Shown piece by piece: positions 1 to 11,735 of a stretch of DNA of 36,589 nt (its first letter is position 1; each line of letters starts with the position of its first letter). This DNA comes from Octopus sinensis (taxonomy: Eukaryota): positions 1-36,589 of the forward strand of contig NW_021824669.1 in the NCBI RefSeq assembly GCF_006345805.1. The letters run 5' to 3'. Under the pieces are notes generated by a model. The model did not search any database, was not told the origin of the DNA, and was given only the letters and a program-made list of their open reading frames with translations. The translations under genes were made by a program, and so were the position numbers.

Positions 1-27
1 CTACAGGCTGAAACAGCTGTAAGATCC
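1..27 (+). ncRNA. 3' half of a probable type I hammerhead ribozyme, cut by the window edge
   Basis: GAAAC-AGCT-GTA-AG motif is identical to the core of the HHR at 13399-13474 and nearly identical to 22364-22378. The CUGANGA half would lie outside the window. Confidence 0.5.
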
Positions 28-55
28 ATTTTAGGTGTATTTTTTTATGGTACTA

Positions 56-602
56 TCTTACTTAAATCTTTAATCCTTAAAAATGTTTTAGCCCGAAGGC
101 CGCGGCTATGCTGGGACACCACCGCTGAATGAGCTACACTAATATGTGAATCCACCTCTGAAACGTGGCACTTGATCAACAAGGGAGTTCGATGCTGCTG
201 CCCGCATCTGCATCTCCTGTCGTGAGGTAGGTTCATCTGGGACTCCCGACAAGAAGAGATCCAGTTTAGTTTTAAAGAAACCCACATCCACACCATGTAA
301 GTCTCTCAGGCATTTAGGGAGGATGTTAAAGAGCTGTGATCCTCTGAAACCCAAGCTGTTGCAGTATCTGGACCTGTATTTTGATGGTCATGTTGGAATC
401 TTTGGCACCATGCAGTGGCGCCCCGTTCTGCAGTTGGGGTAACTTTGAATGCCAAAGTTTGGGACAAGACCCTCCAGGATTTTCCAGATGTATATCACCG
501 CATATCTCTCCTGCCTCCGCTCTAGGGAGAAGAGGTTTAATACTTTCAGTCTTTCCCAATAGCTGATATTTTGCATTGAGACGATCTTCTTTGTGTAGCT
601 TC
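56..602 (-). mobile_element. 5'-truncated non-LTR retrotransposon (CR1/L2-like group), RT C-terminus and 3' tail
   Basis: Frameshifted translation EATQRR / [39 protein letters not shown] / QLFNILPKCLRD..FKTKLDLFLSGVPDEP..RAAASNSLVDQ matches the typical C-terminus of this LINE group. Stop at 139-141, then a short 3' UTR. Confidence 0.8.
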
Positions 603-613
603 TATATATATCT

Positions 614-666
<53 letters not shown>

Positions 667-670
667 GTAC

Positions 671-701
<31 letters not shown>

Positions 702-769
702 CGTACATATATATATACATATAATATATATATATACATATATATATACATATACATATACATATATAT

Positions 770-800
<31 letters not shown>

Positions 801-811
801 GATAGAAAGAT

Positions 812-899
<88 letters not shown>
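603..899. repeat. Compound microsatellite (TA)n/(CA)n/(GATA)n
   Basis: Read directly; the (GATA)n run spans about 801-899. Confidence 0.97.
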
Positions 900-1627
900 C
901 TATCTGCTACATACGTGGAAAATCAGTGTGTGTTTGTTTATAACATTTTTAGCTAACTCCTCTTACATTAAGGTGAAGATAAAGCAGAACTTAGCTGGAC
1001 ATTTTGCTGCACATGGAAGATAGTAAACAGTGTAAATTGAAGGATTCTACATAAAGAGTGAGTTTTATGTAAGGCAGTAACAGGAAGAAGGAAATAAAAG
1101 GAAAAGAGAAGAGGTTGACTTCCGAAAATGGCAGCCAAGTGTGAGATCTGAAAAAACAGAAGGAAAGATAGATTGCTCCTTTCCACGCCATGACAGAAAT
1201 AACGAGACACAAGGAGAACAGAGAAACCAGGGAAGAAAGATTGTAAATTGTAAATCAGAGGAGAAAGATTGTAAAAAATTGAAATAGAAGCAGTGCTACC
1301 ATGATAAACATTATCAACCACATATACATAACATATATAGCTTGCATATTTGCCAGTAGTCTGTGATTTGACTTGGTGGAGAATACTCTCTCCAAGTGCA
1401 AGGTATTAAAACAGCTGAAAGTCATGGAGAAGCAAGACAGCTGATCATTAATCCCAACTAGAAGTGATGGGCATCAATGTTTCACCATTTTTGTGATTTA
1501 TCAACATCACATACTCGAAAAGGATTGGAGTAGAGTCATTTTGCCAGTCTACAAATTATATGCATATAGCATGCAAACTCACACATAGTTTACACATTAC
1601 ATGCATATAAGATATGAACTGGCAAAA

Positions 1628-1662
<35 letters not shown>

Positions 1663-1684
1663 TTATATATATATATACATATAA

Positions 1685-1928
1685 GCGCAGGAGTGGCAGT
1701 GCGGCAGTGCACCTTGGGCAGGTGTCTTCTACTATAGCCTCAGGGTCCCCAACATTGCTTGACAACCGATGCTGGTGTTTACATCTCCGTAACTTAGTGG
1801 TTCGGTCAAAGGGAACGATAGAATAAGTACTAGGCTTACAAAGAATAAATCCTGGGGGTCGATTTGCTCAATTAAAAGGCGGTGCTCCAGCATGGCCACA
1901 GTCAAAATGACTGAAACAAGTAAAAGAG

Positions 1929-1930
<2 letters not shown>
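1685..1930 (+). mobile_element. tRNA-derived SINE (family 1), internally deleted
   Basis: Head GCGCAGGAGTGGC, body CACCTTGGGCAGGTGTCTTCTACTATAGCC and tail GGCGGTGCTCCAGCATGGCCACAGTC..GACTGAAACAAGTAAAAGAG. Homologous to 3361-3757 and 31565-31700. Confidence 0.85.
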
Positions 1931-1972
<42 letters not shown>

Positions 1973-3360
1973 TGCAAGGTATTCAAGATAAATGTGATGA
2001 TTTTTTATGTCTCTTTTTTCAGGTATGTCTTGAAGCATTGGTGAACAGTGTTGTAGAGCATAGATATTATAGTAGTTGAGAAAAAGTTAGCTGACATAGA
2101 GGACCGGAAGCCACCTGCTTACTGACCTGGGGTTAAAATAAATAATTATTGAATCCCTAGAGAGGTCCCTGTTTATTAGAATGTTATTGAAGATAATGAG
2201 GATGTGTCATGTCCAGATGATATATCTTCAATAGAACTTGGTAAACTTCTTTTCCTCTACTAATTCACTAATGGATGAATACCTAATGGGGAAAACACTT
2301 AAGATATCTAGACATCCTGTTGTGATGTTAACACGTATCTACAAGTAGACCATACAATATTAATTAGATGATGTGATGGAATGTCATGAAATTACAATTA
2401 CCAAAGTTGCTAAATTAAATATAAATTAACAAAATGTTCAACAGAACATATACCCATGTATTGCTGTGTGAGCATTTGCATAAGGAAGGCTACTGTGGCC
2501 ATATCAAACTGACTAAACAAACCACAGTAATATCTTTGTGGTAGTCATTAAATATATATTCCTTGTAGTAACTGCTTTATAAAGATCTTTATATAAGTAT
2601 ATGTTAATGTAAATTTCAAACAACCTCATTGATTTGGCAAATCTCCTTGGCTGCATTGGAAATCCATTTTTCTAATGTGAAGTGTGTCATCATATTTTAA
2701 AATATAAAAACAAAGAAATATTAATAAAACGAGTGGTATGTTTGGTAACCAAGGAAATTTTGAATAGAATCAGTAAGAGCAAAAAAACTTTTAACTACAG
2801 AACTTGTTTTAAATTTGAAGGAGCCTCTTAATAGTTGCTCACCATGCTGGAAATAGCAACCAAATCTCCCCCATACCAGATAAAACTGTTATAAAAGATG
2901 CTTTGGATAATATACTTTCTAGAGAGTACATTTGAATAAAATAAGCAATGGTAATGGCTGGAATATCTTTTGAACATGAATCTGTTTGATCAAGGCTAAA
3001 CTGGCACTAAACAGTAATATGTTTGTTCACATCAGAGGGAGATGATGAAGATGTATTAAACATTTAAATGAAACATCATAATTTCATTTAGAGGTCTCTC
3101 TTCAGATAATATAAAAGTGCTAACAACATTGTCGCTATCTAAAATAGAGAAGCAATCTTAAACTGAGGGAAATATAGGTAATCTAATGTTAATGTGTAGG
3201 GGAATTTTAAATTAATTTAAATAGAAATATAAAACAAAGATTTTGAGTTCAAATCTTTGAAGTAAAAATATCCTGCTAATTGGAAAATATTTAAAACTTT
3301 CAGAATAAAAATAACATTAAAGTTTCAAAAAAAACATTTTGGTTTGGTTTGTATATTGTA

Positions 3361-3757
3361 GGCACAAGCATGACTGTGTGGTTAAGAAGCTTGCTTTGCA
3401 ACCATGTGGTTTTGGGTTCAGTCTCATTGCACAGCAAGTGTCTTCTGTTACAGTCTTGAGTCAATCAATACTTTGAGATAAATTTGGTAGGCAGAAACTA
3501 TGTGGAAGCCTGTCTTATATGTATTTATATGTGTGTGAGTGTATGTATGTTTTTGTGTTTGTCTCCCAGCCATCACTTGACATTTGTTGTTGGTTTGTTT
3601 GTCCCTATATTTTAGTAGTTTGGCATAAGAGACTAATACAATAAGTACTAGACTTTAAAAAAAATAAGTACTGGGGTTGATTTCCTTGATGAAATCCTTG
3701 AAGGTGATGTCCCAGTATAGTCACAGTTCAATGATTGAAACAAGTAAAAGGTAAAAA
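3361..3757 (+). mobile_element. tRNA-derived SINE (family 1), near full length, diverged
   Basis: A-box-like TGTGTGGTTAAG, B-box-like GGGTTCAGTC, a central (TA/TG) tract, and the same tail as 1685-1930. Confidence 0.8.
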
Positions 3758-3894
3758 ACAATGGAAGCATCTTTAAGGTAAGACTGTGTAGACAGTTTTT
3801 GATGGGGGTAGATTTCTAACTATACATGTCTGTATTTATATTCATGTAGATATGGTGATGTTAATTGTTTAATTGTGGTGTAGTTTATTAAAAT

Positions 3895-4135
3895 AGAGGC
3901 TTGTGAGGGTTGTTCAAGCTATTTACAAAGATGCAGTAAGTAAAAATGAGAGTCAACAATGATTACAATGACAAATTTAATGTGAGGGTAAGAGTCCATC
4001 CAAGTTCCTGGTCATCTAAGTCTTACAGGCCATCACAGAAGAATTTAAGACTGCATATCCTTGAGAACTCCTATATGCTGATGATCTAGTTCTCATAGTT
4101 GAATCTATAGGTTAATTAGAGAGCAAATTCTGAAT
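3895..4135 (+). pseudogene. Old RTE LINE fragment, RT core (5' part, interrupted by an insertion)
   Basis: Translation LQAITEEFKTAYP*ELLYADDLVLIVES, with the YADD motif at 4074-4085. Confidence 0.8.
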
Positions 4136-5001
4136 CATCATCATCATCATCGTTTAACGTCCGCTTTCCATGCTAGCATGGGTTGGACGATTTTGACTGA
4201 GGGCTAGTGAACCAGATGGTTGCACCAGTCTCCAATCTTGATTTGGCAAAGTTTCTACAGCTGGATGCCCTTCCTAACACCAACCACTCCGAGAGTGTAG
4301 TGGGTGCTTTTTACGTTCCACCGGCACGGGGGCCAGTTGGCTGCTCTGGCAACGACCTCGCTCGAATCCTTTTACACATGCCACCAGCACAGGTGCCAGT
4401 AAAGTAGCGTTGGTAACGATCACGCTTGAATGGTGCCCTTTTACGTGCCACTGGCATGGAAGCCAGTTGGCTGCTCTGGCAACAATCACACTCGGATGGT
4501 GCTCTTGGCACCCTACTAGCACGGGCACAACTGCCAGTAAGGTGACGCTGGTAACGATCACACTTGAATGGTGCCCTTTAAATGCCACTGGCACGGAAGC
4601 CGGTTAGCCACTCTGTCAATGATCACTCATATGGTGCTCTTTGCACCCGGCCAGCATGGACGCCAGTCATCGAATTTGATTTTGATTGATTTGATTTCAT
4701 TTCATTTGCCCCAAAAGGTCTTTGCCCCAAAAGGTCTTTGCAAAAGGTCTTTGCAAGTGACCAAAGAAGGAAAAGGTTACATACAAGTGGGCTGGTTACC
4801 CCCCTGGCATAGGCCATGAGATTATGGTTTCATTTGGCTTGGCAGGTCTTCTCATGCACGGCATATTTCCAAAGGTTTCGGTCACTAGTCATTTCCTTGG
4901 TGAGGCCTAAAGTTCGAAGGTTGTGCTTCACCACTTCATCCCAGGTCTTCTTGGGTCTACCTCTTCCACAGGTTCCCTCAACCGCTAGGGTGTAGCACTA
5001 G
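4136..5001 (-). mobile_element. Younger 5'-truncated RTE LINE (ORF C-terminus, repeat-containing 3' UTR, (TGA)n tail)
   Basis: Minus-strand translation VEGTCGRGRPKKTWDEVVKHNLRTLGLTKEMTSDRNLWKYAV. Tail reads (CAT)n on the plus strand. Flanked by TGAAT at 4131-4135 and 5002-5006 (candidate TSD). Confidence 0.88.
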
Positions 5002-5006
5002 TGAAT

Positions 5007-5885
5007 GTGAGTACTAAACCTAAAATCAAGAGGCCTCATGGTAAATTTAGCAAAGACTAAGGTTTTAGCAAGTAGGAATGAAGATAGGACCCTGGTGTCC
5101 TCAGGAAAATGGCCTCATTTCAGAGAGAAGGAAGGAGTAAAATCATACACTATACCCAATGTATGATAGACACATAAGTAAAATGAAACATAACAAAGTA
5201 AACTTCATGTGACAGATGCACTGGAGCAGTATGTGATATGGAAATAGATTCACTTAAATGCTCAGAAGGCTCGCTAGAAGTTGTTGATAGTTCTTGTTAT
5301 CTAGATGCAATTAGCATGAGAGGTGGTTGCTCCTTAAGTATAACAGCCAGGTTAAAAATGGGTTGGAAAAATTTAGAGAACTACAACCACTGCTGGCAAC
5401 AAATGTCCTTTCTCTCAGAGTGAAGGGCAGATTTATGTTAGAACTGAGATGCTGCATGGTAGTGAGACATGGGCCTTGAATGCAGAGGGATTGTGAAGAC
5501 TGGGAAGAAATGAAGCTAGCATGCCTGTTAGATATGCAATGTAAATTTGCATAAACAATAAAGTAGAAATGCATTGAGAGAAAAACTAAGCACAAGAGGA
5601 ATCAGATATAGTGTGCAAGAAAGAAGCCTGTGCTGGTATGGATATGTGATGTGTAAGGATGAGGAGAGCTGTATAAAGAAGTTCTGGCTACAATGTGGAT
5701 GGAGCCTGTGAAACAGCATGGGACAAAGTGGTAATTGGTTGATCTTAGGGCCATGAACCGCACAGAAAAGATGGCAAAGTATGCTGGTAATATGCGGTTC
5801 TGGAGAAGACCTGTCCACTTCAGCAAAATTCTGGAAGAACAATGTGCACTACTGGGCCTCTTGCCCAATTTCCACAACCCATCAT
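5007..5885 (+). pseudogene. Old RTE LINE fragment, continuation of 3895-4135
   Basis: Degenerate translation GLMVNLAKTKVL..GKWP..LEVVDSSCYL..GGCS..ARLKMGWK..MLHGSETWAL..RNEASM is collinear with the RTE ORF at 34052-34873. Confidence 0.8.
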
Positions 5886-6664
5886 CATTATAATTTTTGC
5901 TGCTATAATTAAAAGTGAACAGAACTGTATATTACACCACCTTTTCCCTGATACCACTTACCCTTCTTACTACCTGCAACCATTCCATTTGTTATCCATC
6001 TTTCGTTCTTAAGACTGTCATCTGCAACCGACATTTTACACTAACTACCCACCTCCATTAACCTCTCCATTTCCCTACAAATAGACCACACTCTTACAAC
6101 CAACCCAACCATGTCATCTCTCTCTTTCCTTTTTCCCATTCTGTCATCCTGCCCGTGGACTATCACTATTATTATTCTGATGCCCTTCGCCTGCCTCACA
6201 CCTTTTTCTACACTACTAGTCATCTCCTCTTCCCTACCTCCCCCATATCTTTCATTGGTCACTCATTCTCACTTAAGCCTCTCCAGTTGTTGCTCTTCCC
6301 AACTTATCATCCCTCAGCACTTGTTATGCATTAGATTCACCTTATCTCAAACCATCCCTCACTCCCAAACACTACCTCTATCCACCGACATTTATTCTCC
6401 TGTGGCCATTCACACCGTATCTCAAGGTCTACTCCAGCTACACTTGGTAACTCTCATCCTCTTTTGAGTGGCAGCGTGGCTCCCGTACATCAAAAAACCT
6501 GTTGTGTTCTAACCTCTTTTCTCGCAATTTCACCCCTTACCCCATAGCATAAAGCTGCCTCCTTGTATACTGTAGACCCACTCAGATACAGACAGGGATC
6601 TTAGTCTTGTAGAATGCATGCCGACCTCACAAGAGATAGTGTCACAAAATGAAAAAAAAAAATA

Positions 6665-6820
6665 CTCAGCACACGCTGTAAAGTGGTTAGCGTTAGAAGG
6701 TGCATCTAGCTGTAGAAACCTTTCCAGAGTAGACGATGGAGCATGATGCTGTTTCGAAGCCTTCAGATCCTGTTAAACAATCCAACCCATGCCAGTGAGT
6801 AACATGAACTTGTGATGAGG
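6665..6820 (+). mobile_element. Degenerate RTE-type 3' tail fragment
   Basis: GTGGTTAGCGTTAGAAGGTGCATCTAGCTGTAGAAAC..CCAACCCATGC resembles the RTE tail at 23640-23760. Confidence 0.6.
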
Positions 6821-7284
6821 TTATACGTAAGTAGTGGTGAAGATATATCTAAATCGTGGTGTGATTACATATAAATTGTGAGGTTGTATTAGAATGTCTA
6901 AAATAAAAACCAAGGTATTTAATGAACGTCGGGGGAACTACGGATCAGCATGGCTGATTTTTGGACTTGCTAAAAATAGCAGCCAAATCTTCAATTCACT
7001 CCCTGCCGTCTTCAAAAAAGAATACGTTAAATATTAGTTCTAGATACCCCTGAGCAATGGGATAGTCATTGCAAGAATACCGGTTAACCAGAAACAACCC
7101 TGATAAGTATAATCCTGTATTATTTGTTTGAAAAAAAAAACAATAAACGCTGACGGTAACGAAGCCGCATGAATTCTTTTCCCAAATATTTCCTAAAGAA
7201 ATAACACGGTAGCACTTCATCTGGTCGCAGGGGAAGAAATAGTAGCATAAAGGCTAATAGAAGAGAGAAATAGGTTTAAAACAC

Positions 7285-7578
7285 TTAACTGGTCTTGTCG
7301 GAGGGGTTTCCCGCCATCGGCTTGTCGTTGTTGTTGTTGCCATAACTAGGGTTGGCACCAACATCTTCACGGCTCATCACATTAAGATGTTGCCGTTGTT
7401 GTTCATTATCGCCGGCAGTGCCTTTCTTCTTCTTGCAGGAGTTATTGGTACCTGAATGAAGGTTGTCATCGACTGCCCCATAAGAATCGACCATGTCCTT
7501 ATCGTTGTTACCAGCGACTTTAGTCGGAGTTGAAGGATTAGCGGCACTGGCTATTTTCGATGACGAACTCTCCGACAT
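7285..7578 (-). CDS. Candidate host coding exon encoding a low-complexity N-terminal peptide (MSESSSSKIASAANPSTPTK...), 97 aa to the in-frame stop
   Basis: Strong start context GCCAAC-ATG, non-repeat sequence, locally CpG-rich, and a plausible disordered-protein composition. No recognisable domain and no canonical splice donor at the end. Confidence 0.4.
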   Translation of the reverse strand: MSESSSSKIASAANPSTPTKVAGNNDKDMVDSYGAVDDNLHSGTNNSCKKKKGTAGDNEQQRQHLNVMSREDVGANPSYGNNNNDKPMAGNPSDKTS

Positions 7579-8640
7579 GTTGGCTTCGTTTCTACGTTTT
7601 ACACAATAACCACTGACTTTTAATGGTAAAACACACAAAAAACGGTAAAACCTGAAAATTAACCACTTCAATAAATGTCTGTGGTTTAGCGTCACAGTTT
7701 GTCTATGACTGACCAATTTATGACATAATATTTCAGTGTCGGAGCTTCCCAGGGAGATGTGTTATGTTCAGCCACAGCAAGCAGGTCTAGACGTGAACAA
7801 CAATTTATATGGTCGTAGTATAACCTGAATGGTGTCGCTAGATTGGTTCTCGATATAGCAGAAACCGGGCAAAGCTGCAGCTGTTGATACGTCCAGTTTG
7901 TGGCTGTTCGATAATAAATGAAATGACGACGGATTGTCGCCTCTGACCAAATTATGAAACGATTGAAGCTCAGCGCCATAGCGGTTGTCTCCCTTGTTTT
8001 GTGCAGCTAAGGTCGACAGATTTGAAGGATGGAATACATATATTAACAAGCACATGTCCTTGACACAATCGCTGTCCCTCATGCACACATACCGTTAGAC
8101 AATTGTAAGAAGAATGGTTATGTTAATTTGTTCTTTTCTTTATTTTTTTTTCAGCTGAACTTTTTATTTAGCATTCTTATACTTCTTTATTCAAAATTGT
8201 ATTTATTTTCCAAGAGGTAAATAAAGACTAATGTTGTTTTTTAAATCTCCTGTACCTCATACTCTAACTCTGGCTCACAATCAACTGAACTCTGGCCGTA
8301 CCTACTCAAAATCTATTCTGTCTTTGATATACATTTCCTCTCACGCAACCAAAAGTAGAAGCAATACACTTCATGTCAAAAGTAAGGTTAGCTTTGAGGT
8401 TTGGTTGACCTGAGCTAGCCTTGGGTAGAAACGACTAAATAAACTCAGAGGTGTGGTTGACCAAGGCTGACCTAGGGAAAAACAACAGCTAATTAAGCTC
8501 TTGTGCAGTTGATCTGGACTGATCAGGAATAATTAAGCTCTTTAAAGACTCTACAATAACTTATTGTACTACATTAGGATGCGGATCTTTCAGCAAATTA
8601 ATAAAGTCACCATTTTAATTCATTGTTAATTTCATTCTTG

Positions 8641-8800
8641 ACATGGTTGTGGCAAAGCAAATACATTCATGACAACATGTTTTGTGATTTGATCCCTCTG
8701 TATAAGCACTTTGTCCCTTACCATAATCTTAGATTAACCCAAACCTTGTAAGGGAAATTTGGAAGGCAGAAATTGTGTGGAAACCCATCAAAAGGACCAT
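8641..8800 (+). mobile_element. Highly degenerate SINE family 1 head
   Basis: Residual similarity (CCAAACCTTGTAAGGGAAATTTGGAAGGCAGAAATTGTGTGGAAACCC) to 3470-3515. Confidence 0.5.
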
Positions 8801-9947
8801 TCCTATCTGTGTGACAGACTTCTACCACACAGTTTAACACCCCATTCCTTGTCCTTGGGCATTTTTGCAGAGTCTCCCCTTATCTTCCAGTACTTTTAGC
8901 AGAGTCCACTCATGTTGACACCCTAGTTTAATATCATTATTTGGTTCTTGAGTACCTTTAGTAGAATACACGCTGTTCTAAATGTTTAGATCATTGTCCT
9001 AAATTTAACTTCCTCTCCCTCCCACCAGGGCCAGCTCAAGGTACTAGCAACTCGGGCAGTCACCCGGGGCACCAAGGAGGGTGTGACAAAGACGAGGAAA
9101 TTTCCATGACCGTCAGCTTGTAAACCCTGAAGTTCAGCAACCCTAGAGCCGGCCCTGCCTCCCACCAGTCTCTGTGACCCTGGGAGATGGTCATAACATC
9201 TACCCTTTTTCCTATGATGAAAGCATAAAAATAAGTTTGAAAATATATATCTATTTTCTTTTTTATCATGCCTACAAAGCAGTAAGTAGTGAAAGAGCTA
9301 GCTGGGACCTTGATGTATGTACTTCTTTTGTGACTCCTAGTAAAGGGGTTTCTTGGCCCTTGGTGAAAGGGCCAATAGAGTTACAATATCTACATTTCTT
9401 TCTAAGAACTTTCATGTAGCTGATCCTAAGAGAAGAAATCTATGCTAGTGCTTGGCAAGTAATTTATTAATTCTGAAAGGAATAAAAGTATAAGAGTGGA
9501 CTCGAGCTGAACACAGAAAGCTGGAACAGATACTGCATGTATCCTGGCTGATGCTTGTCTGACAATACCAATTTATTTCCTGAGAGAAAAAAAAACTAAT
9601 TGTTAATTTTCTCCAAGTGTTCATGTAAATGTAGCTGGACATAGAAACAATCAAAGAGTATTTGATTCCTTTATACCATAATGGAAGAAGACATTGCACA
9701 TGAGAGGTGCTGACCTCTAGTTAAGTTGTTCACAAGAACCAGTAATAATATTTTATTGCATAGAAAAGCTGTTAACTGAGTCCTATGCAAGAAGGCATGC
9801 TGATTAATATCATAATCACTGAGATGTTTATTTTTATTTTCTTATGGCTTGGTGAGGAGGGGAAGGGCAACGTTCACAACATTTTAAACTATACTTGTAT
9901 GTATGTCCATTAACATCCCTATTACATGTTGCATACAATGGCTGGGT

Positions 9948-10199
9948 GGAGGCACATGGCTTAATGTTTAGGGTGTTGGACTCATGATCATAAGATCATG
10001 GTTTCGATTCCTGGACAGGGCAACACATGTTCTTGAGCAAATCACTTCATTTCATATTGCTCCAGTTCATTTATCTGACAAAAATGAGTAAACCGGCAAT
10101 GGCCCAGTGTCCCATCCAGGTACGGAATATATATGCCATGAAAACAGGGAAACCGGCTCTATGAGCTTATGACTTCTGAATGATCTTTATATCTTTATA
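9948..10199 (+). mobile_element. tRNA-derived SINE (family 2)
   Basis: tRNA-like head with A-box TGGCTTAATG and B-box GTTTCGATTCC, followed by a central TGTTCTTGAGCAAATCACTT..TTGCTCCAGT block and TGTCCCATCCAGG. Confidence 0.8.
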
Positions 10200-11735
10200 T
10201 GATGGCTAGCCATGGCCAAGATAAAGTACTCAATGAAAAATTTTGTGTTGGAATGAAGGTATGTGTCAGTGTGGGCGATTAGTTTCCTGAACTCCCTGCT
10301 GCATGAGGCAATCATTGTTTCCATGTCTGTGCAAAAGAGTGAAAGTCTCTAGTAGGACTAAAAAGCAGCATGATGCTGCTCATGTTTAAGAGAACAATTA
10401 ATTAGGATAGCTCAAAATCGAGTTGAACTCATTATGTATGTATGTTTCTACATATCTCTTATGATAAAAGGCAGATTTTCTCTGCCTGTTACCATGTTTG
10501 TTTTTAATACAATTGTACAATATACAATTTCTTCAATTGGAATTTACCTATGACTTTTCGAAGTAGATTCGATTGGGTCACGGCATATAAATTTTTTTCA
10601 ATTTGACCCCCAATTAAGCAAAAATTAGATCAAACTCAATATTTTACGATTTGCCTCTCTCATTTCAAATGCTTCACTCTTTCTATTTCCACACTTTCTG
10701 CTACTTTCTCTTTGCAAGTGTACACACACATATACACGCAAACATATACATATACGATTGCCTCTCTCATTTCAAATGCTTTCCCCCATCTATTACCACA
10801 CTTTCTCTTACTTTCTCTTTGCAAGCAGGGAAACAGATACACGTGCATTTTTTTTCAGGAAGTTCTTTTGAAATTGGTGTGCATCGGAAGCATTGATGTA
10901 TATGTGTGCATGCATGAGTGTGTGTGTGTGTGTTTGATGGGGTGTGCGACACAGAAAGTGTGGTGTGTAAGTGAAGTGCTTTTGTTAGTGTGTGTAAAGA
11001 GACAGAGAGAGTAATGTTGTGCTGTGTGTGTATGTGTGAAAGACAGAGATAACTGAACTTTTTTTATTCACTTTTTGTAGTGAGTGACTGAGAGAAAAGA
11101 AGAGAAGTTATGTATGTATGTATGTATTTATGGCTTCAGTGACACACACACAAAAAAACATACCTACGTACACCTAAAGCACGCACACACACACACAAAC
11201 GGAGCGCGAACTTCACACTCTATCTATCTGGTTTGCCATTCCTTGCACACATACATACACATGCAAACATATACATATATGACAGTGACAAACACAAACG
11301 TTTCAAACAACTACATACAAACACTCAAACACACACACACACACACGTGTGTGTTTGTTATTAGTAAAAAAGGCGCCAAACACAATTCACTTTCTCATTC
11401 GAACACATTTGCAAACACACATCGATGGTCGAATTGCCATAACTCAACAGAAAAGGTAAATTGGTTTTTAATTTACTTTCTGTCGCTAAATTTTGGTAGT
11501 ATTAATTGGCGAGCGTACTTCAGTTGTCAATTGTTGAAAGAAAGAAATTGTGTGTGTATGTGTGCGTGCGTGTGTGTGTCTGTGTGTGTGTGTGTGTGAG
11601 TGTGTGTGTGTGTGTGTAGGAAGTGAAGGATAAAAATATGGCAAGAAGTGGACAGATGTACAAATATACATACATACATCCATACATACATACATGTGTG
11701 TGTGTGTGTATGTATGTGTATTAATGTGTGTGTTA

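Noticed and set aside
546-821. ORFs rich in Y/I/C/V (also 10651-11830, 12754-13012, 27630-27972)
   Set aside because: These are translations of (TA)n/(CA)n/(TG)n microsatellites.
970-1320. Purine-rich stretch with a ~70-codon K/E-rich open frame
   Set aside because: No motif is recognisable; the compositional bias explains the lack of stops.
2012-2080. Splice-acceptor-like TTTTTTCAG followed by a short ORF (VCLEALVNSVVEHRYYSS*)
   Set aside because: Too short and has no recognisable homology; cannot be supported without transcripts.
5930-6480. C/T-rich segment with ORFs 6041-6262 and 6111-6467
   Set aside because: Low-complexity strand bias and no domain motif; probably a decayed repeat that I cannot classify.
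9948-10020. tRNA gene
   Set aside because: The tRNA-like head continues into a SINE body and the cloverleaf is degenerate.
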